Source of the DNA: an uncultured Thermoanaerobaculia bacterium
GTDB lineage: Bacteria > Acidobacteriota > Thermoanaerobaculia > Multivoradales > SZUA-115
Direction of reading: 5' to 3'
DNA: 64,000 nucleotides
Assembly: GCA_964420075.1 (NCBI GenBank)
Contig: CAYQRE010000010.1
Span: forward strand, 77,885-141,884
A program made the position numbers and the translations under genes. Positions 25,919-35,374 of this stretch are shown one piece after another; position 1 is the first letter of the stretch; every line of letters starts with the position of its first letter. The notes below the pieces were generated by a model. That model had not been told where the DNA came from and did no database searches. It was given only the letters and a program-made list of their open reading frames with translations.

Positions 25919-27447
25919 GCTCGCCGCGCCACGGCCGCAGCCTCGTGAACCGCCGCGACCTGCTCAAGGGTGCGGCGCTCGCCCTGCCCGCCCTCGCCGC
26001 CTGGCCCCAGCTCGCGGCCCAGGAGACCGCGGCGCCCGCCAGCGGCCCGGCGACCAACCCCGCCGCAGCAGCCGCGCCCCTCGACGTCGTGGTGATCGGC
26101 GGCGGCCTGGCCGGCCTGGCCGCCGCCTTCGAGCTGCGCGCTCGCGGCCATCGGGTGAACCTGCTCGAAGCGCAGTCGCGCCCCGGCGGCCGCGTCTACA
26201 CCCTACGCAGCCCGTTCGCCGACGGGCTCTACGCCGAAGCGGGGGCGATCGGCTTCTCGGACAGCCGCCTGGTCCGCCACTACCTCGGCCGCTTCGGCAT
26301 CACCGCGGTGCCGCTCGGCCGCGGGCCCCTCGCCGCCCTCTACTACCTGCGTGGCAAGCGCCTGGTGGTCAAGCCGGGCGAGAAGATCGACTGGCCTTAC
26401 GCGCTCACCGCCGAAGAGCGCAGCCAGGGAATGGGTGGGCTCTTGCGCAAGCTCATCGTGCCCACCGCGCTCGCCATCGGGGACCCGAGCCGCGAGGGCT
26501 TTGCGCTCGCGCCCCACGCCGCCCTCGACGGCGAGACCTTCGCCGCCTTCCTCACCGTCCAGGGTGCGTCGGCAGAGGCGATCTCGCTGCTGCAGGACAA
26601 CTTGGTGGCCGGTTACGGTTGGGCCACGGGCTCGGCCCTCCATCGCCTGGTCTCCGACTTCGCGCTCTTCTTCGCCGGCAGCGGCATGGCGAGCACTCTC
26701 GAGGGTGGCTCGGAGCGCCTGCCGCTCGCCTTCGCCCGCGAGCTGCGGGCCGAGATCCACTACGGCGCCGCGGTCTCCCGCCTCGAGCAGCAGGGTGAGC
26801 GGCTGCGGGTGGTGTTCCGCCAAGGGGGCGCCGAGCGGGTGGTCGACGCCGACCGCGTGATCGCGGCCGTCCCCGTGCCGGCATTGGCGAGGATCTCCAT
26901 CGAGCCAGCGCTCTCGGCCGCCAAGCGGCAGATCTTCGCCCGCCTGGAGCACACGCCGGTGACCCGCCTCTACCTGCAGACCTCGCGGCGGATCTGGGCC
27001 GAGGCCGGCGTCGGCGGCACCTGCTTCACCGACCTGCCCATCCAGCTGGTGACCGAGCACCCGCTGCTGCCCACGAGCGAGCCCACGCCGCGGGGGATCC
27101 TCGAGGTCCACGTCAAGGGCGAGGAGGCGGCTCGGCTCGACGCGCTCGACGACGAGGCCCGTCTCGAGCGCGTGCTGGTGAGCCTGGAGAAGGTCCACCC
27201 GGGCGTGCGCGGAGTGGTGGAGGGCGTCACCACCATCTCCTGGGGGATGGACCCCTGGGCCGGTGGCGGCTACCCGTGGTGGAAACCGGGTGAGCTCACC
27301 GCCTGGCTGCCGGAGCTCGCCCGCCCCGAGGGCCGCGTCCACTTCGCCGGCGACCAGACCTCGCATCTCGCCCGCACCCTCGAAGGCGCCCTCGAGTCCG
27401 GCGTGCGCGCCGCCCGCGAGATCGACCCGGGGGTGAACGTCGGCTGA
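25915..27447 (+). CDS. TAT-exported flavin monoamine oxidase / L-amino-acid oxidase family protein (510 aa)
   Basis: ATGA overlap with the upstream stop; twin-arginine signal NRRDLLKGAAL; VVVIGGGLAGL, EAQSRPGGRVYT, AEAGA, RVHFAGDQTS, LEGALESGVRAA. Confidence 0.9.
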   Translation: MSSPRHGRSLVNRRDLLKGAALALPALAAWPQLAAQETAAPASGPATNPAAAAAPLDVVVIGGGLAGLAAAFELRARGHRVNLLEAQSRPGGRVYTLRSPFADGLYAEAGAIGFSDSRLVRHYLGRFGITAVPLGRGPLAALYYLRGKRLVVKPGEKIDWPYALTAEERSQGMGGLLRKLIVPTALAIGDPSREGFALAPHAALDGETFAAFLTVQGASAEAISLLQDNLVAGYGWATGSALHRLVSDFALFFAGSGMASTLEGGSERLPLAFARELRAEIHYGAAVSRLEQQGERLRVVFRQGGAERVVDADRVIAAVPVPALARISIEPALSAAKRQIFARLEHTPVTRLYLQTSRRIWAEAGVGGTCFTDLPIQLVTEHPLLPTSEPTPRGILEVHVKGEEAARLDALDDEARLERVLVSLEKVHPGVRGVVEGVTTISWGMDPWAGGGYPWWKPGELTAWLPELARPEGRVHFAGDQTSHLARTLEGALESGVRAAREIDPGVNVG

Positions 27448-27483
27448 GGGGCAGTCGAGATCAACTTTCGCGTAACACCGCAG

Positions 27484-27512
27484 TTGAAATGGTGATCAAA
27501 ATAAACTACGCT
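27484..27512 (+). promoter_or_regulatory. sigma70-type promoter, probably leaderless, for the Cys-rich peptide operon
   Basis: TTGAAA (27484-27489), 17-nt spacer, TACGCT (27507-27512), ATG 7 nt later; no SD; AT-rich patch. Confidence 0.7.
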
Positions 27513-27519
27513 GGCGGCC

Positions 27520-27786
27520 ATGATGAGCAAACTTCGCTCCGAGGGCCGTCGACTTGCTGTTGTCGTGGGCTTCGCCACCTTCTTGGGCCTCTGGGCTCCG
27601 GCGACCAGCCCCGCCGCCGGCGGGGCCTTCTGCGGCTGCCAGGACTGCCACTATCGGACCGTCTTCGGCACCACCTACGGCTTCTGCGTCTTCGCCACGG
27701 ATGGCGCTGAGCACTGCTCGGAGGACGTCTGGGGAGACTGCTGGCTGAGCGGCAACTTCTGCGGCTGCATCGAGGTACGCCCCTGA
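27520..27786 (+). CDS. Small secreted cysteine-rich protein (88 aa; 8 Cys in the predicted mature part)
   Basis: Basic N-terminus, hydrophobic core and Ala-rich cleavage region, then AFCGCQDCHYR...GFC...EHC...GDCWLSGNFCGCIEVRP. Good promoter upstream and GC3-biased codons. Confidence 0.72.
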   Translation: MMSKLRSEGRRLAVVVGFATFLGLWAPATSPAAGGAFCGCQDCHYRTVFGTTYGFCVFATDGAEHCSEDVWGDCWLSGNFCGCIEVRP

Positions 27787-30125
27787 GCCAACGTCTCTGC
27801 CTGCTGGCCGGAGCAGTCCTGCTCCTCGGGGCCGCTGGCCGTCCACCCTCGACCGCGGAGGCCGGATCGCTGACCGTCTCACTGGTGCTGGCCGCGGGAT
27901 GGCCGGATCGCCAGCAGGTACCGGTGGAGGTGCTCGTCGAGCCGGTGGGCACCACCACTGGCGCCAACCCACAGCCTCAGACGTTTCGCGGCATGGCTCC
28001 AGGCACCCTTTCCCTCTCTCTGCCCTCGGGGGTGGCCTGGCACCTCCAGGCGCAAGCAGCCGACGCATGGTCCGCCCCGGCTCTCGTGCTGACAGCGGAG
28101 GAGCGCTCTGCGGCCGATCGACCGACGAGCCCGACTCTCACTCTCTATCCCGCCGGCCTGCTGACGGGAAGAGTTCAGATGCCCGCCGGTGAACCATCGC
28201 CGCGCTCCCTCAGCCTACGCAGCGAGCCCTCGCCGGTCTCCACAGGGAAGCGATCGCCGCGGTTCGACATCACCTGCCCCGTGCAAGACGGCAGCTTCGC
28301 CTGCCGGCTGCGACGCGGCGATCATGACCTCAGCCTACGCACCGAGGGGTTCCTCTCCCACTATCTCTGGGACCTGCAGATCACCGCGAGGGAGCGGCAC
28401 GACTTGGGTACGCTGCGCTTCGAGCGGGGCGCCTCGGTGGTTGGCTGGGTCGCCGCACCGCAGCCACCGTCGGCGGCCGCTCCTTGCGTCGTGGCCCTGC
28501 AGCCCGAAACCGGCGGCTCACCTCGCAGCACCGCCGCCGCAGAGAGGGTCCGCCGCCTTGCGCTCTCCACCCGCGCCGATTCCAGGGGGTTCTTCCAGCT
28601 CCTGGGAGTCCCGGCCGGCTCCTACGAGCTGCGCGCCGAACAGGGTGCCGCCGCCGGCACCATGGCGCACGTCTGGGTGGAGGCCGGCGCCGAGACTCGC
28701 CTGCGCGACTCGCTGGCCCTGCTGCCACCGGTCACTCTCGAGGTGTGGCTCCAGCCGGAGGACGGCCCCTCGGGGGAGCCGTGGCAACTCAGCCTGGTGG
28801 CTGAGGGGCCGCCAGGCCTGCGCTCTCGACGGCCCACCGCCGTCCCCGTGGTAGCCACCGGCGGCTACGCGAAGGTGGCCGCGCTGCGAGCAGGCCGCTA
28901 TGGCCTGCAAGTGCTCGACGCTGCAGGCTCAAGCTACTTGTACCGCTCGCTCGACTTGCGCGAGAACAGCGGGCCCCTTCACTTGGAGCTGCCGCTCGTC
29001 ACGGTAGAGGGGCAGGTGCTCCTCGGGCGAGCGCCCCTCGCCGCCGGTCTCTTCTTTGGTGGCCGACATGGGCGAGAAAGCGTGCGGATGGCGTCCGGCG
29101 ACGACGGGCGCTTCCGGGGCCTGCTGCCACGGGGTGGAGCAGAAGACTCCGGTGTCTGGCCCCTTGAGGTCTTGGCGGAACAACCACCCGTCGGCCGACG
29201 CCTGAGGCTGCCCATCGGTGAACCACGCCGCCCTGGAGAGCCGGTGCGTCTCACCATCCGTCTGCCCAACTCTCGGCTCCGGGGCCAGGTGGTGGACGAG
29301 CAAGGCGAGCCAGCCCTCGGAGCAACGGTCGAGATCACCCGCACCGACGGCGTCGAGCTCGTGCCGGAGATCACCGTCGATGCCTCGGGTCGCTTCGAGT
29401 CGCGGGGCCTCGAGGCCGGTACCTACTCGCTGACTGCGGAGAGTCGATTCGCCACCGCGGACCCGCAGGTGTTGAGCCTCGCCGCGGGGCAGGACTCTGG
29501 AGAGCTGCGCCTCGTCCTGCATCGGCGCCGGGAGCTCTCCGGCATCGTCCTCTCCGCGGAGGGGCCGCTCGCCGGGGCACGAGTGCTCGCAACACCCACC
29601 GTGGGCGGCAGGCCGGCGCCGGTGACCGGAGTCGCCGCCGCGGTGACCACTGTCGATGGTGTGTTTCACCTGCAGCTGCCGGCCTGGGCCAGCGGCGCTC
29701 AGCTCACCCTCCTGGCGCCCGGGTTCGCGCTCTCTCAGTACCGCGTGGACCAGCTGGCCGAGTCTGCGAAGACGCTCCTTGCCTCGCAAGACGGGGGCAC
29801 CTTGATCCTCGATATGCCCCCCGATCTCGCCGGCCCGCGCGCAGATCTTCCACAGCCCGTCGTGTTCCACGATGGCGGGCTAGAGTTGTCCTGGCGCCTC
29901 CTCTGGGAGTGGAGCGCCCTCGGCGGGGCCGGTGACCCGAGTGCGTATCAACTCGTGGTCTCGCCGATCTCCCCGGGCCACTACACACTCTGCCAGTTCG
30001 ACTCTGCCGCCGAGTACTTGCGGGTCGCTGCCGGGTCGACGCCCCCCGCCCAGCGCTGCGCCAGTGGTGACCTCGCCTTGGGCGGTGTGCTGCATCTCCA
30101 GCTCCCCAGCGCTCAGCAAGAGTGA
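27783..30125 (+). CDS. Secreted carboxypeptidase-regulatory-like (prealbumin/Ig-fold) repeat protein
   Basis: Repeats TRADSRGFFQLLGVPAGSYELRA and LRGQVVDEQGEPALGATV...DASGRFESRGLEAGTYSLTA. The frame is open upstream of the tracked GTG (27885) to a CTG at 27783, which overlaps the previous TGA, has GAGGT upstream and adds signal peptide (M)SQRLCLLAGAVLLLGAAG. Confidence 0.75.
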   Translation: MSQRLCLLAGAVLLLGAAGRPPSTAEAGSLTVSLVLAAGWPDRQQVPVEVLVEPVGTTTGANPQPQTFRGMAPGTLSLSLPSGVAWHLQAQAADAWSAPALVLTAEERSAADRPTSPTLTLYPAGLLTGRVQMPAGEPSPRSLSLRSEPSPVSTGKRSPRFDITCPVQDGSFACRLRRGDHDLSLRTEGFLSHYLWDLQITARERHDLGTLRFERGASVVGWVAAPQPPSAAAPCVVALQPETGGSPRSTAAAERVRRLALSTRADSRGFFQLLGVPAGSYELRAEQGAAAGTMAHVWVEAGAETRLRDSLALLPPVTLEVWLQPEDGPSGEPWQLSLVAEGPPGLRSRRPTAVPVVATGGYAKVAALRAGRYGLQVLDAAGSSYLYRSLDLRENSGPLHLELPLVTVEGQVLLGRAPLAAGLFFGGRHGRESVRMASGDDGRFRGLLPRGGAEDSGVWPLEVLAEQPPVGRRLRLPIGEPRRPGEPVRLTIRLPNSRLRGQVVDEQGEPALGATVEITRTDGVELVPEITVDASGRFESRGLEAGTYSLTAESRFATADPQVLSLAAGQDSGELRLVLHRRRELSGIVLSAEGPLAGARVLATPTVGGRPAPVTGVAAAVTTVDGVFHLQLPAWASGAQLTLLAPGFALSQYRVDQLAESAKTLLASQDGGTLILDMPPDLAGPRADLPQPVVFHDGGLELSWRLLWEWSALGGAGDPSAYQLVVSPISPGHYTLCQFDSAAEYLRVAAGSTPPAQRCASGDLALGGVLHLQLPSAQQE

Positions 30126-30128
30126 GGG

Positions 30129-30314
30129 TCACTTCTCCCCGCAGGGGCAAGCCGGGGTGGCGAGGGTCCACTCGACATTGAAGTTGCCGCGGGTGAGGCC
30201 GCGCACCGAGCGGGTGATGGTATTGGCACCGCCGCCGCTGCTCTCGCCACCCTGGGAGATCACCCACGCGCGGGCCGGCCGCGCGCAGCCGATGGTGTGG
30301 GAGATGGGCGGCAC
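30129..30314 (-). CDS. Candidate 61-aa small protein of unknown function
   Basis: GTG start 7 nt after AAGGGG, coding-like GC3 usage over the distal two thirds, upstream sigma70-like promoter; no recognised homology. Confidence 0.4.
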   Translation of the reverse strand: MPPISHTIGCARPARAWVISQGGESSGGGANTITRSVRGLTRGNFNVEWTLATPACPCGEK

Positions 30315-30346
30315 CGAGCCGCCCCTTCTAGTTGAGCCTCTTAGGC

Positions 30347-30375
30347 ATCCTCAGCACAAGAAGGGGCGCTGTCAA
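30347..30375 (-). promoter_or_regulatory. sigma70-type promoter directly downstream of ppiA
   Basis: Minus strand TTGACA (30375-30370), 17 nt, GAGGAT (30352-30347). Confidence 0.55.
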
Positions 30376-30384
30376 GCGCGGTGG

Positions 30385-30960
30385 CTACTTGATCTCGGCC
30401 TTGGTGACGGTGATCGGCTCGACGGGGACGTTCTGGAAATAGCCCCGGTCGCTGGTCTTCACCTTGGCGATCTCGTCGACCACAGCCATGCCATCCACCA
30501 CCCGGCCGAACACAGCGTAGCCCCAGCCGCTGCCGCTCTCCGGCTGGTCGAGGCCGGCGTTGTCCACCAGGTTGACGAAGAACTGCGAGGTGGCGCTGTT
30601 GGGATCGGCGGTGCGCGCCATCGACAGGGTGCCGCGGGCGTTCTTGAGGCCGTTCTTCGCCTCGTTGGGGATCGGCGGCTGGGTTGGCTTCTGCTTCATC
30701 TCGGCCGTGAAGCCGCCGCCCTGGATCACGAAGCCCGGGATCACGCGGTGGAAGATGGTGCCGTTATAGTGCCCGGAGCGCACGTAGGCGAGGAAGTTCT
30801 CGGCGGACTTTGGTGCCTTGTCCTTGAACAGCTCGATGACGATGTCGCCCTTCGTGGTGTGGAAGACGACGGTGGGGTTGGCGGCCGCCGGCGCCGCTGC
30901 GGGCGCCTCGGCGGGCACGGCCAGGGCAGCGAGGAGCAGGAGGGAAGCGCTCAACGACAT
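30385..30960 (-). CDS. ppiA: Periplasmic cyclophilin-type peptidyl-prolyl cis-trans isomerase
   Basis: Signal peptide; APKSAENFLAYV, FHRVIPGFVIQGGG, GTLSMART, ATSQFFVN, GYAVFGRVVDGM. Confidence 0.93.
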   Translation of the reverse strand: MSLSASLLLLAALAVPAEAPAAAPAAANPTVVFHTTKGDIVIELFKDKAPKSAENFLAYVRSGHYNGTIFHRVIPGFVIQGGGFTAEMKQKPTQPPIPNEAKNGLKNARGTLSMARTADPNSATSQFFVNLVDNAGLDQPESGSGWGYAVFGRVVDGMAVVDEIAKVKTSDRGYFQNVPVEPITVTKAEIK

Positions 30961-31056
30961 GGAGAGACCTCCGGGAGTTCAGCTGGTTGGGCAGGTGGGT
31001 GGTCGGTGACCGCTCGCGTCGCTTCGGGCGTGGGCGAGCAACCGAAAGATCCTAGC

Positions 31057-31665
31057 ATGCGGTCTGGCGGGGCCCCGCTGGTCGGTGCCGTGGTCGGCGT
31101 GGTGCTCGCCGGGGGTCAGTCGACGCGGCTGGGGCGCGACAAGGCCCTGCTCCAGCTCGACGGGATGAGCCTGGTGGCGCGCGCCGCGGCCAGCCTCACC
31201 GGCGTGGTGGGCACGGTCGTCGTCGCCGATGCCGGCCGTGGCTACCTCGCGGGGCTGCCCTCCGTGGCGGACGGTCCCGGCCGGGGCCCCGTGGCGGGGT
31301 TGCTGGGAGCGGCCGCAGCCTACCCGGGCCGGCCCCTCCTCGCCCTCGCCTGTGACCTGCCGCGACTGCCTGCCTCGCTCCTCATCGAGCTGGTCGGCCT
31401 GGCCCACCATGATCTCGCCTGGCCCTGCGGCCCGGCCGGGCTCGAGCCGCTCGTCGCCCTCTACGGCCCGGTCGCCCTCGCCGCACTCGCGCGGCAAGTG
31501 GCGGCGGGGCGCTTCGCCCTCCACGGCCTGGCGCGGGCCGCGGGCCTCGATGTCGTGACCTTGACGGGCGAGCAACTGGCGCGGCACGGCGACCCCGGCC
31601 GCATCTTCCTCAACCTCAATCGCGAGGAGGACGTCGCCCGCCTGCCCGAGCTGGCGCCGCCCTAA
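31057..31665 (+). CDS. mobA: Molybdenum cofactor guanylyltransferase
   Basis: VLAGGQSTRLGRDKA, GPVAGL, ACDLP, EPLVALY, FLNLN. Start uncertain (ATG 31057 or GTG 31090). Confidence 0.85.
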   Translation: MRSGGAPLVGAVVGVVLAGGQSTRLGRDKALLQLDGMSLVARAAASLTGVVGTVVVADAGRGYLAGLPSVADGPGRGPVAGLLGAAAAYPGRPLLALACDLPRLPASLLIELVGLAHHDLAWPCGPAGLEPLVALYGPVALAALARQVAAGRFALHGLARAAGLDVVTLTGEQLARHGDPGRIFLNLNREEDVARLPELAPP

Positions 31666-31973
31666 CCGTCCGGCGGCAGGCCCGCCGCGATCTCGCGCAG
31701 GAACTCGTAGCGGTAGATGCCGGTGCCGTGGCCGTCCGAGAAGACGATCGACAGGCCGTAGTTGCCCACCGGCTGGATCGCGGTGATCTCGACCGCCGCC
31801 TGCGGCGGATGGAAGACGATCTCGCTGGCGTTGTGGCCCTGGCAGACGGCACAGGGGCAGAAGCCACGCAGAACGTCGTAGTCCACGGTGTCGACGGCGC
31901 CGTCGGTCCAGGTCAGCCGCAGCTGGCGCTCGACGGGCAGGCGGCGCGCTTCGGTCAGGTAGAGGGGTGGCAT
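31662..31973 (-). CDS. DUF971 / gamma-butyrobetaine hydroxylase N-terminal-like protein
   Basis: LRGFCPCAVC and VGNYGLSIVFSDGHGTGIY motifs. Confidence 0.85.
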   Translation of the reverse strand: MPPLYLTEARRLPVERQLRLTWTDGAVDTVDYDVLRGFCPCAVCQGHNASEIVFHPPQAAVEITAIQPVGNYGLSIVFSDGHGTGIYRYEFLREIAAGLPPDG

Positions 31974-32078
31974 GGGCGAGCGGTCTCGGGCGTAAGAGTG
32001 GACCGGCCGATGCTACCATCGGGGTGGCATCCACCTGCGCGGGCCCCCCCCGCCAGCAGACCCCTCAAGGAGAGCCCC

Positions 32079-32765
32079 ATGACCCTTCACAAAGCACGTT
32101 CGCCGCGTCCCGGCTGGCGCCTTCTCGCGCTCCTCGCGTTGATCCTGAGCGTGGCCACGCTCGTCCATCCGGCCCAGGCACAGCCACGCCAGTTCGAGCT
32201 CACTCCCACCGTCGGCTATCGCTTCTTCGGTGACCTCGAGGTGGACGACACCGAGTTCCTCGGCGCGAGCACCGACGTCGAGGACGGTGCGGCCTACGGC
32301 TTGAGCTTCGACATCCCGCTCACCTCGATCCTGAAGCTCGAGCTTCTCGCCAATCACCAGACGACGGACCTGACGGTCGACAACGGCCTGTTCTCGCACG
32401 CCTCCCACGTCGCCGATCTCGACATCGACTACTACCACGTGGGCCTGCTGGTGCAATTCGGCTCCGGCCAGGTGCGGCCGTTCTTCGTGGGCAGCCTCGG
32501 CCTCGCCCGCCTCGATGCCGACTTCGGCGCCGGTGTGCGCGAGAGCGAGGACCGGCCCTCGGCGAGCCTCGGCGGCGGCGTCAAGGTGTTCTTCAGCGAG
32601 CACGTGGGCCTGCGCTTCGAGGGTCGCGCCTACGCCGTGGCGCTCGACGACGACAACAACGACAACCACCGCGATCGGGATCGCGACCGTGACCGCGACC
32701 GTTGGGACAACGAGGACTCGCTGGTGCAGAGCGAGGCCTCGATCGGTCTGATCTTCGCCTGGTAG
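32079..32765 (+). CDS. Outer-membrane beta-barrel protein
   Basis: AAGGAG SD, signal peptide ending AQA, amphipathic strands (FELTPTVGYRF, GGGVKVFF, GLRFEGR), C-terminal IGLIFAW. Confidence 0.8.
   Translation: MTLHKARSPRPGWRLLALLALILSVATLVHPAQAQPRQFELTPTVGYRFFGDLEVDDTEFLGASTDVEDGAAYGLSFDIPLTSILKLELLANHQTTDLTVDNGLFSHASHVADLDIDYYHVGLLVQFGSGQVRPFFVGSLGLARLDADFGAGVRESEDRPSASLGGGVKVFFSEHVGLRFEGRAYAVALDDDNNDNHRDRDRDRDRDRWDNEDSLVQSEASIGLIFAW
32646..32703 (+). repeat. Low-complexity D/N and (RD)n tract inside the beta-barrel gene
   Basis: Encodes DDDNNDNHRDRDRDRDRDR before the last strand. Confidence 0.7.
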
Positions 32766-32823
32766 GGCCACCTGCCTGCGCCGCCTGGTCGCCGCCGGCG
32801 GCGCAAGCTAGGATCGCCCCACC

Positions 32824-34290
<1,467 letters not shown>

Positions 34291-34358
34291 GTGAGGGGCG
34301 GAATTCCGGCGGGAGGTCAGGGGTTGTGGGCTCTGCACACGACGAACGGAGGCCCGCC

Positions 34359-35264
34359 ATGTCGATCCGCTCGGTCCACAAGCTCTCCACCGCCCGACCC
34401 ACCCTCGAGGGCGCCGGCGTGCACCTGCGCCGCGCCTTCGGCTTCGGCAACACTGCCGACTTCGACCCCTTCCTCCTGCTGGATGATTTCCGCAACGAGC
34501 GTCCCGAGAACTACGCCGCCGGCTTTCCCTGGCACCCGCACCGCGGCATCGAGACGATCACCTATGTGCTCGCCGGCACCGTCGAGCACGGCGACAGCCT
34601 GGGCAACCAGGGTGAGCTCGGCGCCGGCGACGTGCAGTGGATGACCGCCGGGCGCGGCATCATCCACCAGGAGATGCCCAAGGGCGACGCCAGCGGCCGC
34701 ATGCACGGCTTCCAGCTGTGGGCCAACCTGCCGGCGGCGCTCAAGATGACGGCGCCGCGCTACCAGGACGTCCAGGCCGCCGACATCCCCACAGTGACCG
34801 ACGACGACGGCACCAGCGTGCGGGTACTCTGCGGCGAGTTCTGGGGCCAGCGGGGGCCGGTCGACGGCATCGCCGCCGAGCCTTGCTACGTCGACGTCTC
34901 GGTGCCGCCGGGTCAGCGCAAGCGGCTGGCCATCGACACCCGGCGCAACGCCTTCGCCTACGTCTTCGCCGGCGACGGCAAGTTCGCCAACGCGGCGCCA
35001 CCGCGCGGCGTGCTGACCGAGGCGGCGGACGGCGCCGAGACCTTGCGCTGGGACGAGACCGGGGACCGCACCCTGGTGAGCTTCGATCGCGGCGACGAGG
35101 TGGTGGTCGAGGCCGGCGAGGCGGGGATCCGTTTTCTCCTCGTCTCCGGGCAGCCCCTCGGCGAGCCCGTCGCCTGGCACGGGCCGATCGTGATGAACAC
35201 TCACGAGGAGCTCGCTCAGGCCGTCGCGCAACTGCGGGCGGGGACGTTTCTCGACGTGCGCTAG
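34359..35264 (+). CDS. Pirin family protein
   Basis: GGAGG SD; EGAGVHLRRAFG, DPFLLLDDF, GFPWHPHRGIETITY, GIIHQEMP, HGPIVMNT. Confidence 0.93.
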   Translation: MSIRSVHKLSTARPTLEGAGVHLRRAFGFGNTADFDPFLLLDDFRNERPENYAAGFPWHPHRGIETITYVLAGTVEHGDSLGNQGELGAGDVQWMTAGRGIIHQEMPKGDASGRMHGFQLWANLPAALKMTAPRYQDVQAADIPTVTDDDGTSVRVLCGEFWGQRGPVDGIAAEPCYVDVSVPPGQRKRLAIDTRRNAFAYVFAGDGKFANAAPPRGVLTEAADGAETLRWDETGDRTLVSFDRGDEVVVEAGEAGIRFLLVSGQPLGEPVAWHGPIVMNTHEELAQAVAQLRAGTFLDVR

Positions 35265-35374
35265 GGCCTCGCTTTTCTTCGCTGCCGCGCCTGTGCTGGA
35301 ATGCCCGCTCCACCGAGAGAAGCGGGCCCGCTGGCTTCCCGCACCGCAGGCGCCGGACGGCGCAAGGAGAGACG

